Positions 10,262-20,425 are shown, counted from the first letter of the stretch. The stretch is 64,000 bases of DNA from a virus (IMGVR_UViG_3300035660_000003:22261-86260), one strand, 5' to 3'. The notes: generated by a model not told the origin, from the letters alone. Numbers and translations: made by a program.

Positions 10262-11932
10262 TTACTTTTGAAGGCTTAAATAAACCTCTAAGAATTTTTC
10301 GGGCAGCTCGTGGACCGATTTTATATTGGTTCGCTTAATTATCCCTTTTACATTAGCAGCGAAAGTTTTTACGTTTGCACAATTGCAAAAGCCTATAAAA
10401 ATCATGTCGATTTGTGCCTTACTGTATAATTTGATTAAATCCAATGCTTTATCCTCATCACCAAACTCAAAATCGCTTGCGATTATGAGGATTTTATGCC
10501 TATCGGGGTTCGCTTTATTGAACATTTTAAGAAACGATGCTAAATTAACACTTATTTCCGTTCCGCTTGCTGAAACTCCGATATTTCCGATTCTAGCCCT
10601 CGTATTAGCGAACGTTTCGAAAAAGCCCTTAATTTTCTGGCTATTTTCGCCAAATACCGCAATTGCAAACCCTAAATCATCTACGTAGTTACCGAACACC
10701 TCATTTAATATTGTTGTTATGTCTAACGCTTGCGTTCTATCTACTGAACCGCTAAAGTCAAATAGAAAACCTAAACAAACTTGCTCTTTTTCGAATCTTA
10801 CGGAGTTGTTCAAATAGACGTTTTTAACTTCACTTCTAAAGCTATTTGCGTATGCTCTAGCGGTTAAAGGTGACATGAATTTGCCCCGTTTTTGGAAAAT
10901 CTCCCTCTTAAAGCGTGGCTTTAGGTGAATCTTCAGTTTATTGAGCAATTTGGTTATTTCAGCCTTATTCTTATCCACTAATCGGGAATATTCCGCAAAA
11001 TCGGGTTCTGGTGTCGGAATCTCCTCGCCCGTGCCTTCGCCAGCCGAACCGCCTTTCAAAAGGTCTTCGATTAGCTCTTGTGCCTTATCCTTAGCCTCTT
11101 TTAACTCTTCCTCTTTGATTTGTGCCATTAAAGCGTTTTTAAGTGCGTCGGAAAGCTGTCCTTTGAAATCCCCCCCTCTGCGTGACGGAATCAGCATTTT
11201 AAGGCTAAATTCATTAGATTTATCGCAGAATGGTTCGATTAAATAATATATGTCTTCTACTGCTTTTAATATGTCTATTTTTAGACGCATATACTTCGTA
11301 TTTTCCAATATTTCTAAAGCCTTATTTGTAGCCTCTTTTGCCAAATCAGACATTTTTTGGGTTATCTCCGTGACATCCGCCTCATATAAGCCTTTATCGC
11401 ACAAAACACCCATGATTAGAGGTGCTTCGCCAAATTTAAGCTCAATGGGTTGTCGTTTGTTCTTTAAAGACGTTTCAATAGTGTCTTTTAGGATAAGATT
11501 CGCTAATTGTAGCCTTTTTCCTAAATCAAGCCTAAATCTAATTTCCCCAAAATAGTTTATTCGCTTATCTTCTACAAGATTTATAATGTGTTTAGCCAAT
11601 TCAACCGAACCCTTTTTATTTTGAATTCGTGTTGCAAAATTGTTTAAACTATGCCAAATTGGTTTTGTTAAAGTGTCGTGTAAAGATTCGTGCAATAAGT
11701 CACCATCTAGAACTTTTTTAGCTAATCGTTCGGTTTTTAGAACGAATTCTGGATAAGGGGCAAGAGATAAGGTTATATCGTCGGTTTCGGGGTTAAAAAA
11801 GCTCGTTTGGGCGTTTGCGTCATATTTCACACCTATTTTGTCATCTTTAGTTATGGTTAAAGCTAAATTCCGCAAATTGTCTAATTGTTCACTAAAGTTT
11901 GCATTTTTACCATTTTTTTGTTTATTTTTCAT
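10262..11932 (-). CDS. von Willebrand factor A (vWA) domain protein
   Basis: C-terminal MIDAS motif FDFSGSV (DxSxS); 556 aa; partner of MoxR ATPase upstream. Confidence 0.75.
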   Translation of the reverse strand: MKNKQKNGKNANFSEQLDNLRNLALTITKDDKIGVKYDANAQTSFFNPETDDITLSLAPYPEFVLKTERLAKKVLDGDLLHESLHDTLTKPIWHSLNNFATRIQNKKGSVELAKHIINLVEDKRINYFGEIRFRLDLGKRLQLANLILKDTIETSLKNKRQPIELKFGEAPLIMGVLCDKGLYEADVTEITQKMSDLAKEATNKALEILENTKYMRLKIDILKAVEDIYYLIEPFCDKSNEFSLKMLIPSRRGGDFKGQLSDALKNALMAQIKEEELKEAKDKAQELIEDLLKGGSAGEGTGEEIPTPEPDFAEYSRLVDKNKAEITKLLNKLKIHLKPRFKREIFQKRGKFMSPLTARAYANSFRSEVKNVYLNNSVRFEKEQVCLGFLFDFSGSVDRTQALDITTILNEVFGNYVDDLGFAIAVFGENSQKIKGFFETFANTRARIGNIGVSASGTEISVNLASFLKMFNKANPDRHKILIIASDFEFGDEDKALDLIKLYSKAQIDMIFIGFCNCANVKTFAANVKGIIKRTNIKSVHELPEKFLEVYLSLQK

Positions 11933-11980
11933 TTTTCAAACCTCTTTATTGTTTTTTTTACACAAGAAAATAGGGAAGAT

Positions 11981-12622
11981 TTAAGCCTCTTTTTCGGTTT
12001 CGGGCTTAATTGCGGTTTCTGCCAGTGAAATACGTTCGCCTAGAACCCCAACGGTATCCACAAGCTCATGATAGCGTTTATTTCCCTTTAGCTCCTCTTT
12101 TAAGCCATTGATTATCGAATAAGCCTCTTTGCAACGCCACATCGTTCCTCTGGGCATTTTTTTGCTCTTAATTGCCAAATCACAGTATTTTGTATGTTCC
12201 ATCGCAAAATTCAACAGAAATTCAGCCTTCTTTTCCTCGTAGCTCTCGAATCCTTCGGTTGTTGTCAAAATAGGGATTATTCTAAGCCTTTTATCTACGT
12301 CTTTAAAGCCTTTATTTCGCATAGATTCTTTTAATTCCGATAAGGCATTAACCGCAATTTCTAAGTTTGCTTTTTCAATTATCCATGAAGATTCTAAGTG
12401 TTTAGTGGCTTGCAATTTGAATTTTAAGATAAATTGTAGCTTGTTTCGGAACACTCTAGCCAAAGCGTTCATTTTTTGAGCTTGTTTTTTCTCTTCGGGT
12501 GTGGAATTGCGTCGGATTTTCAATTCGCTGTTTAAATCATACTCAATCGTGTAAATCTCTTCAGAATGCAGCCCCATCGCCTCAAGAGCCTTAATATCTA
12601 ACACAATTTCGTTTTTATCCAT
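11981..12622 (-). CDS. hypothetical protein (MoxR/vWA operon)
   Basis: 213-aa ORF between MoxR and vWA genes. Confidence 0.65.
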   Translation of the reverse strand: MDKNEIVLDIKALEAMGLHSEEIYTIEYDLNSELKIRRNSTPEEKKQAQKMNALARVFRNKLQFILKFKLQATKHLESSWIIEKANLEIAVNALSELKESMRNKGFKDVDKRLRIIPILTTTEGFESYEEKKAEFLLNFAMEHTKYCDLAIKSKKMPRGTMWRCKEAYSIINGLKEELKGNKRYHELVDTVGVLGERISLAETAIKPETEKEA

Positions 12623-12643
12623 ATTTTTCCACCTCTTTTTTAT

Positions 12644-12919
12644 TTAATTTCTAACTCCTATTTTATCCCTAAAAAATTGGGTTCTTATCACACTAACAGC
12701 AATAGCGTTTTTATTGTTTCGTGTTTGCGGAATTTTTGAATAGAGTTTTGCATGTTGAATCTTAAACGCTTTTTCTAAATTCTTATTGTTTATTTCTACG
12801 TTTAAGGGGAATAGCAATTTAGCGTTTTTGCATAAGGTTTCGAACGTGTTTGTTTTATAGTTTACAAATTCAACGTTTACGTAAACCACATTTAATCGTT
12901 TTTCGCTAAGATTCTGCAT
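12644..12919 (-). CDS. hypothetical small protein
   Basis: 91-aa ORF in operon. Confidence 0.5.
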   Translation of the reverse strand: MQNLSEKRLNVVYVNVEFVNYKTNTFETLCKNAKLLFPLNVEINNKNLEKAFKIQHAKLYSKIPQTRNNKNAIAVSVIRTQFFRDKIGVRN

Positions 12920-12940
12920 TTAAATTCCCCATTTTAGGCT

Positions 12941-13828
12941 TTAATTCGTATCTGCGTCTTTTTCTGCGTCTTTTTTGGCTTTTTCGACATCTATTTCGCC
13001 TTTTTCTTCGAACAGCCTCGTAAATAGCTCTCTTTCGTCTTCTGGGTAAAGCGATGAAGCTATTTCGATTAAATCGGCTTCGGAAAGGCTTCTTTTGTCA
13101 AATAATTTCGCATAATTCAATAGATTCCCCGTTGTTAAAGGTGTTCGCAATTTGCCCCGTTTGTATAAATCTCTTGTTTTCCGAGCTATTTCGACAAACT
13201 TAACCGCAAAATCGTAATCTCCACCGTTTGCGTCACGAATCAAGTCTATTTCGTCTTTTCTGTCGATATAATCGATTATTAAGCCTTCGAATCTTCGAAT
13301 TGTAGCTATATTTTCTAAAAATGTGCCACTATAACCGCTTTTTTCTGATGGATTATAACTTATTATTACGTAGTGGTTTTCTGAACGCTTAAACTCTAAC
13401 TCTAGCTCTGGTATCCATACAGATTCACGAAAATCTGTTAAAGATTCGCTTAGGCTTAAAATCGAAGGTTCTGCATAGTTAAAACCATCTAAATATAGTA
13501 TGCCTTTAACTGCACGTAGCCACTTTAAAATTATGCCTTCACGTGTTTTTGTCGAACCTTCGATTAAAACATCACTAGCGAGTAAATCCCACTTCGTTAT
13601 GTCACGTGTTAAGACAATTTCGAAAAGTGGCATATCGTAAATTTCGCTTAGTTTATGTACTAATGTCGTTTTTCCAGTACCCGTTTCGCCAACAAGCCTT
13701 AAATTGCCCACTATTTCCAAAATAGCCTTCGCTTTGGGGATATATTCGTGCGAATCGACAAAATTTATGCCTTTTATCGATTTTCCACCTATTTTTGAAA
13801 CGATTTTATTTTCCACCATATTTTCCAC
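12941..13828 (-). CDS. MoxR-type AAA+ ATPase
   Basis: Walker A GETGTGKTTL, Walker B ILYLDGFNYAEP, 295 aa. Confidence 0.8.
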   Translation of the reverse strand: MENMVENKIVSKIGGKSIKGINFVDSHEYIPKAKAILEIVGNLRLVGETGTGKTTLVHKLSEIYDMPLFEIVLTRDITKWDLLASDVLIEGSTKTREGIILKWLRAVKGILYLDGFNYAEPSILSLSESLTDFRESVWIPELELEFKRSENHYVIISYNPSEKSGYSGTFLENIATIRRFEGLIIDYIDRKDEIDLIRDANGGDYDFAVKFVEIARKTRDLYKRGKLRTPLTTGNLLNYAKLFDKRSLSEADLIEIASSLYPEDERELFTRLFEEKGEIDVEKAKKDAEKDADTN

Positions 13829-14041
13829 CTCTTTTTTATTTAATTTCTAACTCCTATTTTTTCCCTAAAAAATTGGGTTTCAAATTAAGGGTTTCAGCTA
13901 TTTCTATTTCCGTGAATCCGTCTTTTCGCATTAAAACCCTTATGTAGAATTGTGCCAAATTTTCTTTCGTTTTGTTCACTTTTCAACACATCTTTTTTAT
14001 TCGATTCAATTTCTATAAAAAACTATTGAAATTGATTAAGT

Positions 14042-14386
14042 TTATTTGGGTTTATATTCAGAATAGCAATTTGGATTATTTGCAAACAGCAATAATGATT
14101 TTTTTGGTTTTTGATTCGGAATTTTTTTGATTTGCCTTAGAACATAACCGATAAAGCTATTGCACTCTAAACAGTAAATTTCTGCACATTCTAAATTTTC
14201 GCTTATTGCCTTAAATGCGTCTTGTGTTTTACCTTTTAGGTGTTTACATTCTAATGGTGTATTTTTATAATCAATTTTCAAATATTGCGTGTGTTCATGG
14301 ATTAAGTCTTTTTTGCTGAAACCGTTCATGTAGTTATCGTTAAAAATCCTTTTTGCTATTTCTCTTATTTCTTTATTTGTTTTCAT
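14042..14386 (-). CDS. hypothetical protein
   Basis: 114-aa ORF, Cys pairs. Confidence 0.55.
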   Translation of the reverse strand: MKTNKEIREIAKRIFNDNYMNGFSKKDLIHEHTQYLKIDYKNTPLECKHLKGKTQDAFKAISENLECAEIYCLECNSFIGYVLRQIKKIPNQKPKKSLLLFANNPNCYSEYKPK

Positions 14387-14564
14387 TTTTCAAACACTCC
14401 TTTTTTTAAACCTCTTTTAACGAAATCGCCTCAAATCTGTTTGATTTAGAGGTTTCGATTCGTTTTTGAACTCTGTTTCCAAATCCCTCAATTTCTTAAC
14501 TTGTTTGTCAAAATAGGCACAAATTAAAACGAATTCCTTAAAATCACTAAGTTTTGTTTGCATT

Positions 14565-14801
14565 TTAAAAATCCTCTATGCCTTCATAAATTGACTTTTT
14601 ACTCTTTAAAAATTGGCTTATTTCAGAAATAGGCTTATTTTCAACCGTTTTAACTGAAATAACGTTAATTTCATCTAATTTGTTTTGGTAAAACTCAATT
14701 TCTCTTTTACTATCTACAATTACAATATGAGTTTTACCGTTTAGCAAAAATCTTATTTCTCTTTTCTGAAATGCCACAATTTTATTTTTTCTAGTTTGCA
14801 T
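14565..14801 (-). CDS. hypothetical small protein
   Basis: 78-aa ORF. Confidence 0.4.
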   Translation of the reverse strand: MQTRKNKIVAFQKREIRFLLNGKTHIVIVDSKREIEFYQNKLDEINVISVKTVENKPISEISQFLKSKKSIYEGIEDF

Positions 14802-15468
14802 TTTTCAAACCTCTTTAAGCGAATCCTCAATAGTACGGTTCTAAAAAACCATTCTAATCTATGTATAGATGTATGGAAAAACCAAAAATTGCGATTTTTC
14901 GCTAAGTTTTCCGAAATTTCCATTAAAATCTCCATAAAATCTTATTCGTTTTTATGTTCTACAAATCCACAATTTGTCTAAAAATCGAAGTGTATGCCAC
15001 GAAAAATCCGAAAATAAGCCTAAATTAAGCCTCTTCGACGTATTTCTCAATTTCTGGCACGGCATACAGGTCCAAATCTCCTCAAATCTTAAAGATTTAG
15101 CGATTTTCCCATTGTTCGACTTGCTTTATAAGGCTCGAATAGTCAAAAAGTCTTATGGAGTGATTTTTTTAATTTCATGGATTTTCACGTATTTATATAG
15201 TCATGGTTTCATGTATATATAAGCAATTCGTTCATTTTTACATGGTTTAAAAACCCCAAACTCATGGAAATTGCACTCCATAAGGTTTCATGGGAAAATA
15301 CAGATTATTTAAGCGTTTCGGTTTTTGCTTATAAATAGTGTAGGTTTTGGCTACACATTGAGGTTTACAAACGTAAAACCTTTCAGAGAACCCTCAAATT
15401 AGGCTTTAAATCTAAAAAGAACCACAATTTGATAATTCTAAAATCAAAACAAGCTCAAATTAAAAAGA

Positions 15469-15484
15469 TTAATCAATTGATTAA
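15469..15484. repeat. 16-bp palindrome TTAATCAATTGATTAA
   Basis: exact; AAAGA..TATG flanks. Confidence 0.95.
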
Positions 15485-15645
15485 TATGTCTTTAAATGAA
15501 CACATTAAAAAAGTTTAGAGTAAGAGTTTAAAATTTTGTAGTGATATGCACGGTTAAGCATAACGCATGATTATATAAAATATGTCTAAATTTGGATACG
15601 TTCAAAAATCGGATATTGACAACAACGGACATATAGGGAAAAAAC

Positions 15646-15661
15646 TTAATCAATTGATTAA
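15646..15661. repeat. 16-bp palindrome TTAATCAATTGATTAA
   Basis: exact match. Confidence 0.95.
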
Positions 15662-16042
15662 ACGACTTGTAGATATGTTGAACAAATAGCCACAAACCGA
15701 AAAGGCAGAATCAGGCTTGTTTCCGCATAAGGACAGTCGAAACGAATCGTTTTTGAAAATCAATCATTGTGATTGTCAGAGAATTTTCGAATCCATAATT
15801 GTCTAATTGATTCTGTGCCGAACGGTTAAATTTAAGTTGTTCTAGTCTTGAGGGGTTTCGTTTGGGGTTATTTTCTTTATGGTTAATGTTGAAAAGTCAC
15901 GGTGTCCTTACTAGATTTAGAAGGTTCGATAAGTCGTTTTTGAAAATCATTTCTCGTTTAAGTCGTTCGGATAAAAACGTTCACCTTTTAGCGTTGTTTG
16001 GCAAAATAAAGCCTAAAATGAAGAAATAAACTTAGTGGAAAA

Positions 16043-16058
16043 TTAATCAATTGATTAA
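16043..16058. repeat. 16-bp palindrome TTAATCAATTGATTAA
   Basis: exact match. Confidence 0.95.
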
Positions 16059-16217
16059 ATTTTTATTGGTGTTTGCAAACCGTCACAAACAATAGGGGGG
16101 GATTCACGAAACACCATAAAAACTATGTCAATTTTTCGAAACGTGAACGTGCAAAAATTTAGGCAATTTGCACGTATAAAGAACATTAACGTTATTAAAA
16201 TCACAAACAATATTCGT

Positions 16218-16233
16218 TTAATCAATTGATTAA
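16218..16233. repeat. 16-bp palindrome TTAATCAATTGATTAA
   Basis: exact match. Confidence 0.95.
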
Positions 16234-16359
16234 ACGGGGAAAAACCCCGATTTGAGGCGGAAAAAATGGCTAGAGCTTGATTTGGGTTCGTTTTTCGGTT
16301 TTATTGGATTTTTGGGTTTAAATACGGTTTCCAACACTTCAGCAAGTCGCTTTAAAAGA

Positions 16360-16375
16360 TTAATCAATTGATTAA
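16360..16375. repeat. 16-bp palindrome TTAATCAATTGATTAA
   Basis: exact match. Confidence 0.95.
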
Positions 16376-16695
16376 GGTTAATATTTATAAGTGTCGTTGT
16401 GTAGAACATATATAGCGTAGAACAAAAATACACAAGTCGTGAATAAAGCCATGAAAGAACCGCAAATTGAAAATCCACCTCAAAATAAGCCTCAAATCCT
16501 GAACACTCCTCGATTTGCGGTTCTCCACCTCTTTTTCTGAGTTGCATGGAAAGTTAAACTAAGGGTGAACATAAGCCGCACATAGAGCCTATTTTTTAGC
16601 TTTTATTTTTTGTCAATTCTTTTAGAGAAAACTTAGAGAGATTTTTGAACCGAAATGTCGAATGATTTACGAGCCTCTCCAGAAACTTTGAAAAA

Positions 16696-16711
16696 TTAAT
16701 CAATTGATTAA
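16696..16711. repeat. 16-bp palindrome TTAATCAATTGATTAA
   Basis: exact match. Confidence 0.95.
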
Positions 16712-16954
16712 TCCGAATCCAAAAAATTTTTAGGCTTTGAGAAAACTTAATAAATTTTAGGCACTATTAAAAAGGCGAAATTCTAAGAGGGGCGGGGGGT
16801 TAAATGGATTCCTTTTGTTTGCGTTTATCAAATTAGAATCACCTTTACTTTTTCTCCGATTCGTGACTAATATCGTGTAATTCCAACTGCATTAATCCTC
16901 TTTTCCATAAGACTTATAGGCACGCCTTCCTAATATATTTTGTGGTAAAATTGA

Positions 16955-17344
16955 ATGAGAAATTTAGCTAAGAAAAAATTGCGTGACAAAAAATGGCATC
17001 AAAAAAATAGAGAATATTTAAAACTTTATTTAAGAAAATATCGAAAAGAGCATCCTAATTTATATTGGAAATATATAGAATCAGAAAGAAAAACTTATGA
17101 ACGTGTGAGAAAAAAGATAAATGATTTACTCGGTTCAAAATGCAAAATTTGTGGTTCAACTTGTAATTTAGTTTGTCACGAAATACACGGTAAGCGTCAT
17201 TCCACTAATGCAAATTACATTTTAATCCACATTGAAGATTTCGTTCGATTATGTTCACAATGTCACAGAATGGTTCACTATTTAGCAAAAAACAAAAATG
17301 TTAATCTCGAAATTTTAATCCGTTTCAAATCAATAATACTTTAA
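16955..17344 (+). CDS. HNH endonuclease-like, K/Y-rich N-terminal repeats
   Basis: CKICGS...CHEIHGKRH...LCSQCHRMVH. Confidence 0.7.
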   Translation: MRNLAKKKLRDKKWHQKNREYLKLYLRKYRKEHPNLYWKYIESERKTYERVRKKINDLLGSKCKICGSTCNLVCHEIHGKRHSTNANYILIHIEDFVRLCSQCHRMVHYLAKNKNVNLEILIRFKSIIL

Positions 17345-17720
17345 CTTTTTTAGAGTTTCTTTTAAAGTTGAAAGGGTTCAATTCTAATGACATATCCGTT
17401 ATTTCAATGTAATTTATTTCCTGCTTATCAGTTAAAATCGTTGTGCAGCCACCATAACACGTTCCGTTCGCTACGATTTCGTTAAACCCTTCGAAAATTT
17501 CATAATCCCATTGATAAGAGCCATTTTCTGCGTCAATATCTTGATTTCCACCGCACGGAAAGACTATTTTCAATTTCTTGTTCCAAAAACCCTCTCTTCT
17601 CAAAATACATTCAATATTCTGGCTTATTACTATGTCAGCATCCTTAAAAACGCCATCCTTAAAATTTATTGAGTCGAATATATCTTCTAAGCAAAATTCT
17701 AGCGTTTTTGGATTTGCCAT
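17325..17720 (-). CDS. KVKV-tail family protein (C-term KVKVLLI)
   Basis: 131 aa; conserved C-terminal heptapeptide; palindrome 50 nt upstream. Confidence 0.65.
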   Translation of the reverse strand: MANPKTLEFCLEDIFDSINFKDGVFKDADIVISQNIECILRREGFWNKKLKIVFPCGGNQDIDAENGSYQWDYEIFEGFNEIVANGTCYGGCTTILTDKQEINYIEITDMSLELNPFNFKRNSKKVKVLLI

Positions 17721-17769
17721 GTTTAATCAAATATTTAATAGTTATTCACTCTAATAAGGATTTCGATGT

Positions 17770-17785
17770 TTAATCAGTTGATTAA
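17770..17785. repeat. palindrome variant TTAATCAGTTGATTAA
   Basis: central AGTT; then TCTTTT. Confidence 0.9.
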
Positions 17786-17846
17786 TCTTTTCGTTTTTCG
17801 GCACGACCATTCCCATCTGCTATTCATCTGGCTATCCTCAGAAAAC

Positions 17847-18050
17847 TTAAACTAAAACAACTTTTACTTTATCAAGTCTAACAATTTTATAAGAATAACC
17901 GCATTTTCTATTATTTGGAATTTGTTTTCTAAATTCCGCAAAACAATTTTTACACAAAAAACGATTCGAATTTTTAAGTTTGTGAAATTCATAAATTCTA
18001 ATACTAGCTTCGACTTTTTCGCCTATTCTATCACATCTTTCACAATTCAA
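17847..18050 (-). CDS. KVKV-tail family small Zn-ribbon protein (KVKVVLV)
   Basis: 2x CxxC; terminal gene of array. Confidence 0.65.
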   Translation of the reverse strand: MNCERCDRIGEKVEASIRIYEFHKLKNSNRFLCKNCFAEFRKQIPNNRKCGYSYKIVRLDKVKVVLV

Positions 18051-18262
18051 ACAAGCATCACCTTAATCTTAGTTTTATGTGATATTAATTTATTGAAACA
18101 CGATTCGCACAACCAATAATAATTATCGTTAAATTTATATCGCAATTCTGGCTTTAAATGATAAATTTTTTTAGAACATCCTATATGGGGTGCGAAATTT
18201 GAACAGAGAAAACGACCATAAAGAACTGTGTAGTCTTGTGGTTTCGGAATTTTTTCGCTCAT
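18047..18262 (-). CDS. KVKV-tail family small Zn-ribbon protein (KIKVMLV)
   Basis: CxxC pairs; stop overlaps next start. Confidence 0.65.
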   Translation of the reverse strand: MSEKIPKPQDYTVLYGRFLCSNFAPHIGCSKKIYHLKPELRYKFNDNYYWLCESCFNKLISHKTKIKVMLV

Positions 18263-18495
18263 ATTAGAACCACTTTTACTTTTTGCGTTTGCCTAAATTG
18301 AGGACATAATCGCAAATCCGATTTTCCTTTATTTCTCGGTTTCATGCCATACATCGCAACTTTATCCTTTTTAATGCACTCCGCACAATAACAACATTCA
18401 TGGATACGACCAAAATCTCCATGACACTCATTATGGCAATTAAACGGTTTATTACATGTTGAATTCGCACAGATTTTATGGTATTCATGTCTCAA
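18259..18495 (-). CDS. KVKV-tail family small Cys/His-rich protein (KVKVVLI)
   Basis: ATGA overlap both ends. Confidence 0.65.
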   Translation of the reverse strand: MRHEYHKICANSTCNKPFNCHNECHGDFGRIHECCYCAECIKKDKVAMYGMKPRNKGKSDLRLCPQFRQTQKVKVVLI

Positions 18496-18680
18496 ACTAA
18501 TAACACCTCAACTTTTTTTGGTTTAAATTGCCAACATTTTATTCCTAAGTCATACTTTAATATATCCTTTTCGTTTTTGATTAAACCATTAAAAAGAGAA
18601 CCCCAATTCTTTTTGGGGATTTTGCAATTGAATTTCATGCGATTTGCACAATAATAACAACCTCTTTTCGGTTCTGGCAT
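18492..18680 (-). CDS. KVKV-tail family small protein (KVEVLLV)
   Basis: first gene of array; TATA-like box upstream. Confidence 0.6.
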   Translation of the reverse strand: MPEPKRGCYYCANRMKFNCKIPKKNWGSLFNGLIKNEKDILKYDLGIKCWQFKPKKVEVLLV

Positions 18681-18774
18681 TTTTGTTCAATAATTAATAT
18701 AGAGATTCAAATTAATAAGGGTTGTGATGGGCGTATCAGAGGAACTCAGAGGAACTGTCAGAACTGCGAAATGA

Positions 18775-18790
18775 TTAATCAATTGATTAA
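18775..18790. repeat. 16-bp palindrome TTAATCAATTGATTAA
   Basis: exact; between two small-gene arrays. Confidence 0.95.
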
Positions 18791-19007
18791 GTTTCTCGGA
18801 AAAAATGGGCAATCCCAACCACTTGTACCAAAATTCACTAAACTAAATAATCAAGTTTCGGTTTTGGTTTTAAACCTAACTCTTTTATGGCTTGTGTTAG
18901 GTCCAACCACATTTCCACTTGTATTTGTCTCGCAACATTTCGTTCGGGATAAATAATCGGAATTGCTTTTATGAAAATTATTTTTTCTCTAAGTTTCTGT
19001 TTTTCGC

Positions 19008-19214
19008 TCAAATTAATTCCACTCTTACTTTTGATTTATCTTTTACTTTTGAAAGTTTCGTATTTTTTAAAATTTCCGCTAATTCGTCATAATGCGTCAT
19101 GCACAAGTCGAATTCTACACTAGATTCGTAATCGCCATAAAAAATCTTAATTGTAATATCAGTAATTTCTACACATCTTTTTCCGTTTTCGGTTACACAA
19201 CACCTTTCCCTCAT
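19008..19214 (-). CDS. KVKV-tail family small protein (KVRVELI)
   Basis: CxxC; array member. Confidence 0.6.
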   Translation of the reverse strand: MRERCCVTENGKRCVEITDITIKIFYGDYESSVEFDLCMTHYDELAEILKNTKLSKVKDKSKVRVELI

Positions 19215-19477
19215 ATTAACATCACTTTTACCTTTGCATTCATAAAATTTAAAAATGCTGAAAGTATTCGCTCACAATATGGTTTAGTTTTTGGAACACT
19301 TTTTCTCTTACTAACTTGTTCTTTCCAAATTTCGCCCCATTTATCATAACAAGATAGGCACAATTCTATTTTTTCTCTAGTTTCTGGTTTTTTCCATGTT
19401 CCAAAATAAACCGTTTTCACGGATTTATGGTTTCTGCATCTATCACACACCTTTAAATTTATTTTGTTAGGGTTCAT
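19211..19477 (-). CDS. KVKV-tail family Zn-ribbon protein (KVKVMLI)
   Basis: 2x CxxC; ATGA overlaps. Confidence 0.65.
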   Translation of the reverse strand: MNPNKINLKVCDRCRNHKSVKTVYFGTWKKPETREKIELCLSCYDKWGEIWKEQVSKRKSVPKTKPYCERILSAFLNFMNAKVKVMLI

Positions 19478-19737
19478 ATTAATTTCACCTTTATTGTTTG
19501 AGAATCAAGTTTAAATTCCTCACAAATATAACCTTTTTGCACAGCATAACCTTCACAAGTAGAACGGTAAATGCAATTTTCGCACGTATAAATTTCGCTT
19601 AAATATGCCAATTCTCTAATTCTATTTTCCTTACATCCTTCGCAAATTCTATCATTTCTATACTCAGTTTCAAATTCTTTTCCGCATATTATACATTTAA
19701 AGCAATGTTTCGGGAAAAATCCTCTATTCAAACTCAT
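19474..19737 (-). CDS. KVKV-tail family Cys-rich protein (IKVKLI)
   Basis: multiple CxxC; overlaps. Confidence 0.65.
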   Translation of the reverse strand: MSLNRGFFPKHCFKCIICGKEFETEYRNDRICEGCKENRIRELAYLSEIYTCENCIYRSTCEGYAVQKGYICEEFKLDSQTIKVKLI

Positions 19738-19964
19738 ATCAAAATCACCCTTATCTTTTCCGTTTTTCCAAAAACAATTTCGCCTAACTTAATCCATTCT
19801 TTAGCATAAATCGTATGCAATGGATTTTCAACGATATGCACTTCGGCTTTACCTAAAGCAATTAATTCTTTCACAATTTTTCTTATACGTTTTTTATTCA
19901 TTTTAAAAAGCAAATCTATGAATTTACCACGATAATTGTTATCGGTAATCACAATTGCTTTCAA
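19734..19964 (-). CDS. KVKV-tail family protein without Cys (KIRVILI)
   Basis: 76 aa; shares only the tail. Confidence 0.6.
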   Translation of the reverse strand: MKAIVITDNNYRGKFIDLLFKMNKKRIRKIVKELIALGKAEVHIVENPLHTIYAKEWIKLGEIVFGKTEKIRVILI

Positions 19965-20131
19965 ATTAACAACACCTTAATCTTTTCTGTCTGCTTTAAC
20001 GGTAAATAAACTAATCCACAACGACAACAAACCCATACATTAGATTCGTTGTCGTAATTAAATCCGTGAACTCTTACTTTTCTATAAACAAAATCTTCAT
20101 AACCGCACTGACCACACGCTTTAGGTTTTGG
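19961..20131 (-). CDS. KVKV-tail family Zn-ribbon protein (KIKVLLI), start moved to MYNPK
   Basis: longer ORF to 20287 reads through promoter and palindrome; TATA 20167-20188. Confidence 0.55.
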   Translation of the reverse strand, partial: PKPKACGQCGYEDFVYRKVRVHGFNYDNESNVWVCCRCGLVYLPLKQTEKIKVLLI

Positions 20132-20237
20132 ATTATACATATTTCTCAAAATAATATATGTCCTTCCTATCTTATAAACCTTATCGCCATGTGTAATGGG
20201 GACTGAAGGGACCAAGGGAGAATTCCCCCTCAAAAAC

Positions 20238-20253
20238 TTAATCAATTGATTAA
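20238..20253. repeat. 16-bp palindrome TTAATCAATTGATTAA
   Basis: exact match. Confidence 0.95.
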
Positions 20254-20312
20254 TTGCGGAAACCCTAAAATGAGTTCGGTTTGCCAAAAGAACCTCAAAT
20301 CAAAGAGCCAAC

Positions 20313-20328
20313 TTAATCAATTGATTAA
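20313..20328. repeat. 16-bp palindrome TTAATCAATTGATTAA
   Basis: exact; then TCTTTT. Confidence 0.95.
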
Positions 20329-20404
20329 TCTTTTCAGCCCCCACTTCTTCCGACCAATCTGGTTGCCACGCCCGTGTCCAGACCAGCGAGCCACTCCAAA
20401 ATAA

Positions 20405-20420
20405 TTAATCAACTGATTAA
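20405..20420. repeat. palindrome variant TTAATCAACTGATTAA
   Basis: central AACT. Confidence 0.9.
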
Positions 20421-20425
20421 GCCAT

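Noticed and set aside
10326-11555. Plus-strand ORFs (10326-10688, 10941-11246, 11250-11555) inside the vWA gene. Others that are similar include 826-1038, 1686-2188, 26153-26512, 36907-37278, 43994-44293 and 57576-57821
   Set aside because: These are shadow ORFs antisense to or inside long, well-supported genes and have low-complexity translations.
18771-18956. Plus-strand ORF MINQLIKFLGKNG... and the N-terminal 52 codons of ORF 19961-20287
   Set aside because: They translate the palindrome (LINQLI) and promoter sequences, so the ORF 18771-18956 is spurious and the real start of the 19961 gene is internal.
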